Shown: one piece after another, positions 12,121 through 23,258 of the stretch
Layout: each line of letters starts with the position of its first letter
Position numbering within the stretch: the stretch's first letter is position 1
NCBI RefSeq assembly: GCF_000143415.4
Contig: NW_003314281.1
Span: forward strand, 484,833 to 548,832
Direction: 5' to 3'
Source of the DNA: Selaginella moellendorffii
Taxonomy: Eukaryota > Plantae > Lycopodiophyta
DNA length: 64,000 nt
The notes under the pieces: generated by a model
Told to the model about the DNA's origin: nothing
Databases searched by the model: none
What the model saw: the letters and a program-made list of their open reading frames with translations, nothing else
Position numbers and translations under genes: made by a program

Positions 12121-12790
12121 TCCGAGATGGACTCGAGATGGAGTCTGAGATGGAGTCCAAGATGGACCCGAGATGGAGTCCGAGATGGAGTCCGAGATGG
12201 ACCCGAGATGGAGTCCGAGATGGATCCCGAGATGGACCCGAGATGGACCCGAGATGGATCCCGAGATGGAGTCCGAGATGGAGTCCGAGATGGAGTCCGA
12301 GGTGGACCCGAGATGGACCCGAAATGGAGTCCGAGATGGAGTCCGAGATGGATCCCGAGATGGAGTCCGAGATGGAGTCCGAGATGGAGTCCGAGGTGGA
12401 CCCAAGATGGACCCGAGATGGAGTCCGAGATGGAGTCCGAGATGGACCCGAGATGGAGTCCGAGATGGAGTCCGAGATGGACCCGAGATGGACCCGAAAT
12501 GGAGTCCGAGATGGAGTCCGAGATGGACCTGAGATGGAGTCCGAGATGGAGTCCGAGATGGACCCGAGATGGACCCGAGATGGAGTCCGAGATGGAGTCC
12601 GAGATGGAGTCCGAGATGGAGTCCGAAGTCGAGACCGAGACCGGAACCGAGACCGAGACCGAGACCGAGATCGGGACCGAGACCGAGACCGAGGCCGAGG
12701 CCAAGACCGAGCCCGAGCCCGAGTCCGAGTCCGAGTCCGAGTCCGAGTCCGAGTCCGAGTCCGAGTCCGAGTCCGAGTCTGAGTCCGGAG
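12121..12790 (+). repeat. Compound minisatellite in LTR1: GAGATGGAGTCC / GAGATGGACCC units followed by GAGACC, GAGCCC and GAGTCC hexamers
   Basis: Directly visible tandem 11-12-mers and 6-mers. They produce the low-complexity ORFs (WSPR, RDGV, MESE, ES/SP runs). Confidence 0.95.
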
Positions 12791-13794
12791 CCTGAGAGGG
12801 TGAAAGCCCAAAGCGTTCGTCTCCCAGACCCTGGGGGGTTTGGTGAGCTCCAAAAGTATAGTAGGGGGAGGACTGCAGTGGAGCCAGTTTGGCCAGGAAA
12901 GGCCAGTTTGGCCCAGGAAGGCCGGACCCAGTGTTGGGTGATGAGATGCCCACTGGGAAGTCCAAGACTAGAGTGAACACGGACTGACAAGCGGGGTAGC
13001 TTGGTGAAGTGTTCAAGAGCCGGCTCTAGTTCCCCCGGGAGATCGACTGGCCGATGCTCCCAGTCCAAGTGTGGGTGGCACTACCTACTTGGATACCAGG
13101 TGTGGCTCAACGGAACCTCGCTCTAAGCCCATGGCTAGAGCACCTAAAGGCGAAAGGCGGGGAGAGTACCCAGGTGGCTTGCGTAAGGCCACGGTGTTCC
13201 GAAATGTTGTCCCAAAGGCCTAGACTGTGGAAAGGAAGGGGAGCAGTCCTCTGGGGTAGTGACCAAGGACACAGTCGTGTGGTGAGGAAGCCCCAGAGGA
13301 CCATGGGACTTAGTGGTCGGGCCTGTGGGCCTCGATCCAGTGGCAGTGTTGGCAAACACGGCCAGGGGCAAAAAGGGACTTGGTAGGAATTGACAAAGGG
13401 ACTTTGGGGAAGGCGATTCCCCAGGTCTGTGGGCATCCTAAGGATGCTAAGGAGTGGATCTAGGATGACCACTCGTGGACCGATAGCCCAGTCTTGGAGA
13501 GACGGGATGGTGATGCAAGTGGTATTGGACCACTAGTGCAGCAAAGGTGAATGGGCATGGCCTTAGCGTAACGGGCCGAGATGTCAGTGGTACCTTTGGG
13601 TGTCGGTCTTGGGACCGGACACGTGGAGCACTTGGACCAGGTGCAAGTGTTGAGTGGCATGGATGCCATTCTTGGGGCTAGCAAGTCCCAAGTCCTGAAT
13701 TGGACTTAAGGAGGTTGTGAGTGAGACTCCTCCAAGTGGTCGAAGGTGTGGTTAAGTGACTAAAGTAGAATGGAAAAATTAGTCACATACAATT

Positions 13795-13806
13795 TGGTAT
13801 CGGAGC
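13795..13806 (+). other. Primer-binding site (tRNA-iMet type) of the family A element
   Basis: TGGTATCGGAGC lies 3 nt after the LTR1 end, one mismatch from the canonical plant TGGTATCAGAGC. It is absent after LTR2 and LTR3. Confidence 0.8.
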
Positions 13807-16800
13807 TGTTCCTTAGTCCGACTTTTATTGGTGCTCAAGTATATCACCACTAGTGTTGGCATCGGAAGGTCCGAGGAGTGGGCCTATCCTTGAGGAGTAG
13901 CAAGTCTGGAAGACATGGCTCTCCATTACAGTTCATGTGTGAACTTGTAGATGAGGTGGTGGATAGAAAAGGGCCAATAATGGAACAACTTTGGGATCTT
14001 GGGAACAGTGCAAGGTTTTCCTCATTGAGTTGAGGATGTGATCCGGATGAGCATTTGTGTCAGCAAATTGGCTTAGGTTGTTGTGGTAAACAACTAAAGT
14101 TGGGATCACGGGAAAGATAGAGACTCCAAAACAATAAAGGAGTCACAAGATTATCCTCATATAGTTGAGGTTGGTGCTCATGAATGTGAGACCAAAGGTA
14201 ATGACCGTGGAAGGTCAAATACAGAAGAGGACTCAAGTCCTTGAAATGGTAGCCGGGGCTACCTCTAATAAATGCTGGAACAACCCAAAGAGTTGGGGGT
14301 GTATTAAGTGGATGAGTTGGTATTCTCATCACATGGACAAGTAGTCCTAAGGGGCAAAGGTTGCCCCCAGAGAACAAAATCAAGTGTCGGAGTAACACTT
14401 GTGAAAATAGTCCTTTTGAGTAGGACCGGAATGCAAGATGTGTATTCCAGTGAGCTAGTGCCTCACAAGTAGGACCTTACGGGTCGGTGGATTAACCAAG
14501 TCCAAAACTGCTAGACGACTCAAGTAGAGTCAAGGGATGGTCCTAAAAGGACTGAATGAAGCATTTGGACTGAGGTGCATTGTACCCCACAAAGGATGGG
14601 GGGGGATCATAGGATCCAAGGATGAGAACAGAGAGTATCTCATCGATGGCAATGTGCCATGCTAAAGTTATGGGAAAGGTGTTCCCAGAAGAAAACAACT
14701 TTGACATAAAGTTGTGTGTGACCTCTATGGGGCAGTGCTAACAGATGGTTGGCATGAGAAAGAGCGGTGTTGGTCTTGGCAAAGACTTAGACACGAATGG
14801 AAATGTCATAGAGGTAGGCTCGTGGAGCCGATGGTGTGGAGACACCAAATGTGCCAAGGTGTGATACCTTGAGGCTATGTTGGTGGGTTCATTAGAACCC
14901 CTTGCCAAAGGAATCCCAATGGAAATGGGAATGGCATAGCCTAAGCTGCAGAGCATGCAGTTGGAGTGTGGTGACCCAGATAGTGATGGAGGTGTGAAAG
15001 CACCAAGCAATGAGTTGTAGGACTTGACAACTATGAGGCAACTAAGCAAGAGGTGGAAAATAACTGGTTAAATGGGTAGAAGGTAGCTACCCAAGACTTC
15101 TAGTATAGGGAAGTCAGATATACCCTTACGGGGGATAAGTTGCTTATGTTGCAATATAGTAAGTCAATGTCATAAAAGGAAATACTCATTGTCAAGAAAG
15201 CCATCATTGGGACACCCGAACACTCTAGAACACCATAAAGTGGTGTTTGATGTCGCGAGGGCAATGGATAAAGCCCAAGGGACTAAGTCCCTAGCGAATG
15301 ATGGATAGAAGGTGCTATCCAAATGTCCAAGGTTGCGGAGACAGGAGAGGACTGTCTACCCAAGTTGGACAAAGCCAAAAATGGAATTTTGGCAAGGCTA
15401 GTGATGGGCATGTAAAGGCCCATAAGCAACAATGTAACCCCAGTGTGTGGGATTATAAGCTGAGCATACCTGGATTGAGGAACCACTCCCTGGGCTATTG
15501 GGTAGGTTCATCCCTAAGAATACTTGCTAAGGCATGATAGAAAGTGCAAAGCTATCCTCCTGGTCTGGAGGAGAATGACCGAAGGAAAGGTGTGAAGCCA
15601 AAGGCAAGTAGTGTTGGGATGGAACTGAACCATAGAAATCAAAGGGCATATCCAACAGTGGTTATGAAAGTTGGGAGTGGAGAATCAAGAGGGTGCTCGA
15701 GGATGTTGTTGCTAGCAACCGTGATGCCATGGAGAGTCTAAAATATGGAATTGTCCATGTTAGATTATATGGCAACTATAAAGCTTGCGAAAGGGGAGGC
15801 CTTAGCAAGCTGAGGGACAGAGTTCCTTCAAGGTTCCCAAAGACGATTCTAGGTAGCGTAGTACCTAGAAAGGCCAAGGGTAAATGGTTCATGGAACGCG
15901 CGAAATCAGAGTGGCGCAGCAGAAGCGTGGTCTTGAAGCTTGCCATGAGGCAAGGTTATCAAGGTTAGGGAAGTAGTTCCCGAGTGTTCAAAGAGAGGGC
16001 TTTGAACGAAAGTCGATGGTCAAGGACTTTCACGCTTATGCAGGAACCATGTTACAATGGTCGGAGGACTTGCCAAGCGAGATTGGCACGTCGGGGGAAC
16101 AAAGACCCTTGTTGAAGGTGATATCTTCAAAAAGGGTGGGCCAGGGGGCCGAGCATGGAGGAGTCCATGCATGATCACAGACATGTCAAGTGAGAGGACT
16201 TGGCAGTGTGGAGGAACTAGGTTCCTAAGCTGTGATCTGTAGCGCGCTTTAAAAATAGGTTGGTGCACCGGCGTGGGGAGTCACGCCAGGCATCTAGTGT
16301 GATGCCGTCCGTAGATGCATATACGGAGGTTGGGTTCGAGTCCCGACCCTCTAGTGCTTGGGTTCGAGTCCCAAATCACTAGGGCGTGGTGATGGTTTGG
16401 AATATGAGGACACTCATATTTCGGTGGTCATGGACTCTCAGTGGGGAGACTGGTTTGGGCACACCGCCAAGCGAGGGATGCCTCGGAGTCGTGATGCACG
16501 GTTAGATTGCTTAGTGTGAAAGCTCAGCATATCTAACTTGAACGCTTTGGTGCAAGTGGCACCAAGGTCGTGGTGAGTGAGATGGGGACACCTAATCTCA
16601 GTTGCTATGAACCCTTGGCCGTAAGGGCTAGCTTGGGTGCACCGCCAAGTGTGGGGGATGCCCCCGGGGTTATAGTCAACAACTTGGAGGTCTAGAAAAC
16701 CAAGTACCTCTTGGCAACTCTGTTAAGGTGCCAAGGTGAGATCACTAGGTGATCTTATGGCCAGATAAGGACAAGGTCCTTGGTTGGCTAAGGAATGAAG

Positions 16801-18069
16801 TTCCTGGTTCAAAATGTTGAAATTGAACTGTTTAAGGTGGTGTGGCTTGGTCGTGATAACCAAGTGGGAAGAGCACCTAAGGGAAATAAACTATGTCCGT
16901 GCGATGGCATAGTGAGTCTGAGGAAAGTAGTCTCTATAAAAGACCCATGGGACGGTCACGAAGTTGGGCCGTGGATAGAGCCCATAGCAGAAGATGCTAA
17001 AGAGACGTACTAGGGGTGAACGTCCTCCGGACTTGGCAAAGAAGAGTCTTTGCTATGGAACCGAAACAATACCTCAAGGAGGGAGGTAGAGATTCGATGT
17101 TGCTTGGTGCAACAATCAACGGATAGGAGCAAAAGATGAGTGGCCAAGATAGGGCTGTGGAATCCCTTGGAAGGAATCCAAGTGACAAAGTTAGGCGAGG
17201 AACACTAATGTGTTGGACGCTAACAAGTTGCGGGAAAGGATTTGTGTTTCCAAGGAGGGATTCCGAAATGCTCCGAGTTGGCGAAAGTGGAAGCTCCAAG
17301 GGAGGGAGTGGTAAGGTAGCCAAATGATAGGGCCATGAACAGCCCTAGCACAAAGCATGATAACTGGAACTTTGGCACGAAATAGAAGAGAGGATGATGG
17401 TGCCCTCGAGTAGAGAACTTCCTAGGATGGGAAGTGGAGTTGCACAAAAGGTGCAAGGCAAGGTGTCGGAGACACCTAGGAAATTGACTCCAAGAAGTCA
17501 AAAATTCAAAGTTCCAAAGTGCAAAGGTTATATCGATGGAAATTGAGACTACTCGAGAAGGAGTAGTGGGATTGACTTAGAGAAGGGTCTCTAAGAGGTT
17601 TAGTGAGAACTAAACCAATAAAAGGATGAACCATTACATGTGGTCCAATCAGTCTCTAAATTGGAGAGACTACGCTCCTTAAAGGATGGACAAGGCATGG
17701 TGAGCCTTTGATGTCAAACCATAGACAAAGATTGGCTAGGTGCCAAAGATGGAAATGGTAACACATGTGGGTGTTACTTTATGAAAGGGTTTACCGTTCG
17801 ATGAGGACATCGAACTTCGTCTATGGGTGGTGGAGTTGTGAGACACAAAATCCCTAGGCCCCAAAGTGGAGCCGGAAAGGGTGCCACGTGGTAGTGGCTG
17901 AAGCGAGAGCCAAACGAGCGTAACACGTTTGGACCAAAATCTCCGACTTGAAAAGTCAAGAGCGGGAGTGGAACTCCCAAAGAAGGGCTCGAGGAACAAG
18001 CATGAAGCGAGCAAAAAGCGAGGCTCCAAAAAGGGACCCAAAAGGACCAACACATGACACGTGGGAGTG

Positions 18070-18443
18070 TCCGAGATGGACTCGAGTTGGAGTCCGAAGT
18101 GGAGTCCAAGATGGACCCGAGTTGGAGTCCGAAGTGGAGTCCGAGATGGAGTCCGAAGTGGAGTCCGAGGTGGACCCGAGATGGAGTCCGAGGTGGAGTC
18201 CGAGATGGACCCGAGATGGAGTCCGAGATGGAGTCCGAGATGGAGTCCGAGGTGGACCCGAGATGGACCCGAAATGGAGTCCGAGATGGAGTCCGAGATG
18301 GACCCAAGATGGAGTCCGAGATGGAGTCCGAGATGGACCCGAGATGGACCCGAGATGGAGTCCGAGATGGAGTCCGAGATGGAGTCCGAGATGGAGTCCG
18401 AGATGGAGTCCGAGATGGAGTCCGAAGTCGAGACCGAGACCGG

Positions 18444-18487
<44 letters not shown>

Positions 18488-18600
18488 TCGGGACCGAGAC
18501 CGAGACCGAGGCCGAGGCCGAGACCGAGCCCGAGCCCGAGTCCGAGTCCGAATCCGAGTCCGAGTCCGAGTCTGAGTCCGAGTCCGAGTCTGAGTCCGGA
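18070..18600 (+). repeat. Same compound minisatellite in LTR2 (shorter)
   Basis: Same units, fewer copies, with GAAGTGGAGTCC variants. Confidence 0.95.
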
Positions 18601-21600
18601 GCCTGAGAGGGTGAAAGCCCAAAGCGTTCGTCTCCCAGACCCTGGGGGGTTTGGTGAGCTCCAAAAGTATAGTAGGGGGAGGACTGCAGTGGAGCCAGTT
18701 TGGCCAGGAAAGGCCAGTTTGGCCCAGGAAGGCCGGACCCAGTGTTGGGTGATGAGATGCCCACTGGGAAGTCCAAGACTAGAGTGAACACGGACTGACA
18801 AGCGGGGTAGCTTGGTGAAGTGTTCAAGAGCCGGCTCTAGTTCCCCCGGGAGATCGACTGGCCGATGCTCCCAGTCCAAGTGTGGGTGGCACTACCTACT
18901 TGGATACCAGGTGTGGCTCAACGGAACCTCGCTCTAAGCCCATGGCTAGAGCACCTAAAGGCGAAAGGCGGGGAGAGTACCCAGGTGGCTTGCGTAAGGC
19001 CACGGTGTTCCGAAATGTTGTCCCAAAGGCCTAGACTGTGGAAAGGAAGGGGAGCAGTCCTCTGGGGTAGTGACCAAGGACACAGTCGTGTGGTGAGGAA
19101 GCCCCAGAGGACCATGGGACTTAGTGGTCGGGCCTGTGGGCCTCGATCCAGTGGCAGTGTTGGCAAACACGGCCAGGGGCAAAAAGGGACTTGGTAGGAA
19201 TTGACAAAGGGACTTTGGGGAAGGCGATTCCCCAGGTCTGTGGGCATCCTAAGGATGCTAAGGAGTGGATCTAGGATGACCACTCGTGGACCGATAGCCC
19301 AGTCTTGGAGAGACGGGATGGTGATGCAAGTGGTATTGGACCACTAGTGCAGCAAAGGTGAATGGGCATGGCCTTAGCGTAACGGGCCGAGATGTCAGTG
19401 GTACCTTTGGGTGTCGGTCTTGGGACCGGACACGTGGAGCACTTGGACCAGGTGCAAGTGTTGAGTGGCATGGATGCCATTCTTGGGGCTAGCAAGTCCC
19501 AAGTCCTGAATTGGACTTAAGGAGGTTGTGAGTGAGACTCCTCCAAGTGGTCGAAGGTGTGGTTAAGTGACTAAAGTAGAATGGAAAAATTAGTCACATA
19601 TACTACCCAAGACTTCTAGTATAGGGAAGTCGAATATACCCTTACGGGGGATAAGTTGCTTATGTTGCGATATAGTAAGTCAATGTCATAAAAGGAAATA
19701 CTCATTGTCAAGAAAGCCATCATTGGGACACCCGAACACTCTAGAACACCAGAAGGTGGTGTTTGATGTCGCGAGGGCAATGGATAAAGCCCAAGGGACT
19801 AAGTCCCTAGCGAATGATAGATAGAAGGTGCTATCCAAATGTCCAAGGTTGCGGAGACAGGAGAGGACTTTCTACCCGAGTTGGACAAAGCCAAAAATGG
19901 AATTTTGGCAAGGCTAGTGATGGGCATGTAAAGGCCCATAAGTAACAATGTAATCCCAGTGTGTTGGATTATAAGGTGAGCATACCCGGATTGAGGAACC
20001 ACTCCCTAGGCTATTGGGTAGGTTCATCCCTAAGAATACTTGCTAAGGCATGATAGAAAGTGCAAAGCTATCCTCCTGGTCTGGAGGAGAATGACCAAAG
20101 GAAAGGTGTGAAGCCAAAAAGTAAGAAGTAAGGGGATAGAACCGAACCATAGGAATCAAAGGGCATAACCAAGGTTGGTTATGAAAGTTGGGAGTGGAGA
20201 ATCAAGAGGGTGCTCGAGGATGTTGTTGCTAGCAACCGTGATGCCATGGAGAGTCTAAAATATGGAATTGTCCATGTTAGATTATATGGCAACTATAAAG
20301 CTTGCGAAAGGGGAGGCCTTAGCAAGCTGAGGGACAGAGTTCCTTCAAGGTTCCCAAAGACGATTCTAGGTAGCATAGTACCTAGAAAGGCCAAGTGTAA
20401 ATGGTTCATGGAACGCGCGAAATCAGAGTGGCGCAGCAGAAGCGTGGTCTTGAAGCTTGCCATGAGGCAAGGTTATCAAGGTTAGGGAAGTAGTTCCCGA
20501 GTGTTCAAAGAGAGGGCTTTGAACGAAAGTCGATGGTCAAGGACTTTCACGCTTATGCAGGAACCATGTTACAATGGTCGGAGGACTTGCCAAGCGAGAT
20601 TGGCACGTCGGGGGAACAAAGACCCTAGTTGAAGGTGATATCTTCAAAAAAGGTGGGCCATGGGGCCGAGCATGGAGGAGTCCATGCATGATCACAGACA
20701 TGTCAAGTGAGAGGACTTGGCAGTGTGGAGGAACTAGGTTCCTAAGCTGTGATCTGTAGCGCGCTTTAAAAATAAGTTGGTGCACCGGCATGGGGAGTCA
20801 CGCCAGGCATCTAGTGTGATGCCGTCCGTAGATGCATATACGGAGGTTGGGTTCGAGTCCCGACCCTCTAGTGCTTGGGTTCGAGTCCCAAATCACTAGG
20901 GCGTGGTGATGGTTTGGAATATGAGGACACTCATATTTCGGTGGTCATGGACTCTCAGTGGGGAGACTGGTTTGGGCACACCGCCAAGCGAGGGATGCCT
21001 CGGAGTCGTGATGCACGGTTAGATTGCTTAGTGTGAAAGCTCAGCATATCTAACTTGAACACTTTGGTGCAAGTGGCACCAAGGTCGTGGTGAGTGAGAT
21101 GGGGACACCTAATCTCAGTTGCTATGAACCCTTGGCCGTAAGGGCTAGCTTGGGTGCACCGCCAAGTGTGGGGGATGCCCCCGGGGTTATAGTCAACAAC
21201 TTGGAGGTCTGGAAGACCAAGTACCTCTTGGCAAATCTGTTAAGGTGCCAAGGTGAGATCACTAGGTGATCTTATGGCCAGATAAGGACGAGGTCCTTGG
21301 TTGGCTAAGGAATGAAGTTCCTGGTTCAAAATGTTGAAATTGAACTGTTTAAGGTGGTGTGGCTTGGTCGTGATAACCAAGTGGGAAGAGCACCTAAAGG
21401 AAATAAACTATGTCCGTGCGATGGCATAGTGAGTCCGAGGAAAGTAGTCTCTATAAAAGACCCATGGGACGGTCACGAAGTTGGGCCGTGGATAGAGCCC
21501 ATAGCAGAAGATGCTAAAGAGACGTACTAGGGGTGAACATCCTCCGGACTTGGCAAAGAAGAGTCTTTGCTATGGAACCGAAACAATACCTCAAGGAGGG

Positions 21601-22585
21601 AGGTAGAGATTCGATGTTGCTTGGTGCAACAATCAACGGATAGGAGCAAAAGATGAGTGGCCAAGATAGGGCTGTGGAATCCCTTGGAAGGAATCCAAGT
21701 GACAAAGTTAGGCGAGGAACACTAATGTGTTGGACGCTAACAAGTTGCGGGAAAGGATTTGTGTTTCCAAGGAGGGATTCCGAAATGCTCCGAGTTGGCG
21801 AAAGTGGAAGCTCCAAGGGAGGGAGTGGTAAGGTAGCCAAATGATAGGGCCATGAACAGCCCTAGCACAAAGCATGATAACTGGAACTTTGGCACGAAAT
21901 AGAAGAGAGGATGATGGTGCCCTCGAGTAGAGAACTTCCTAGGATGGGAAGTGGAGTTGCACAAAAGGTGCAAGGCAAGGTGTCGGAGACACCTAGGAAA
22001 TTGACTCCAAGAAGTCAAAAATTCAAAGTTCCAAAGTGCAAAGGTTATATCGATGGAAATTGAGACTACTCGAGAAGGAGTAGTGGGATTGACTTAGAGA
22101 AGGGTCTCTAAGAGGTTTAGTGAGAACTAAACCAATAAAAGGATGAACCATTACATGTGGTCCAATCAGTCTCTTAATTGGAGAGAATACGCTCCTTAAA
22201 GGATGGACAAGGCATGGTGAGCCTTTGATGTCAAACCATAGACAAAGATTGGCTAGGTGCCAAAGATGGAAATGGTAACACATGTGGGTGTTACTTTATG
22301 AAAGGGTTTACCGTTCGATGAGGACATCGAACTTCGTCTATGGGTGGTGGAGTTGTGAGACACAAAATCCCTAGGCCCCAAAGTGGAGCCGGAAGGGCGC
22401 CACATGGTAGTGGCCGAAGCGAGAGCCAAACAAGCGTAACACGTTTGGACCAAAAGCTCTGACTTGAAAAGTCAAGAGCGAGAGTGGAACTCCCAACGAA
22501 GTGCTCGAGGAACGAGCACGAAGCGAGCAAAAGGCGAGGCTCCAAAAAGGGACCCAAAAGGACCAACACATGACGCGTGGGAGTG

Positions 22586-23258
22586 TCCGAGATGGAGTCC
22601 GAAGTGGAGTCCGAGATGGACCCGAGATGGAGTCCGAGATGGAGTCCGAGATGGACCCGAGATGGACCCGAAATGGAGTCCGAGATGGAGTCCGAGGTGG
22701 ACCCGAGATGGAGTCCGAGATGGAGTCCGAGATGGACCCGAGATGGACCCGAGATGGAGTCCGAGATGGAGTCCGAGATGGAGTCCGAGGTGGACCCGAG
22801 ATGGACCCGAAATGGAGTCCGAGATGGAGTCCGAGATGGACCCGAGATGGAGTCCGAGATGGAGTCCGAGATGGAGTCCGAGGTGGACCCAAGATGGACC
22901 CGAGATGGAGTCCGAGATGGAGTCCGAGATGGACCCGAGATGGAGTCCGAGATGGAGTCCGAGATGGACCCGAGATGGACCCGAAATGGAGTCCGAGATG
23001 GAGTCCGAGATGGACCTGAGATGGAGTCCGAGATGGAGTCCGAGATGGACCCGAGATGGACCCGAGATGGAGTCCGAGATGGAGTCCGAGATGGAGTCCG
23101 AGATGGAGTCCGAAGTCGAGACCGAGACCGGAACCGAGACCGAGACCGAGACCGAGATTGGGACCGAGACCGAGACCGAGGCCGAGGCCAAGACCGAGCC
23201 CGAGCCCGAGCCCGAGTCCGAGTCCGAGTCCGAATCCGAGTCCGAGTCCGAGTCCGGA
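22586..23258 (+). repeat. Same compound minisatellite in LTR3
   Basis: Same units; shares the GGACCTGAG variant with LTR1. Confidence 0.95.

Noticed and set aside
12121-12790. Possible CRISPR array
   Set aside because: Contiguous short tandem units with no unique spacers, no cas genes, and a eukaryotic context.
11676-13068. Long ORFs in all six frames (WSPR, RDGV, MESE, SDSI, LGLH repeats), recurring at 17.7-18.9, 22.3-23.5, 27.0-28.0 and 29.1-29.8 kb
   Set aside because: They come from stop-free minisatellite units inside LTRs, and the frames shift between copies, so no protein is conserved.
16270-16382. Possible tRNA gene
   Set aside because: T-arm-like hairpins are present but I could not build an acceptor stem, A-box or 7-nt anticodon loop. 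Reported as a structured element instead.
13807-17836. gag/pol genes in the family A internal region
   Set aside because: No ORF above ~110 aa, and no recognisable zinc knuckle, protease, RT (YxDD), RNase H or integrase motif by eye.
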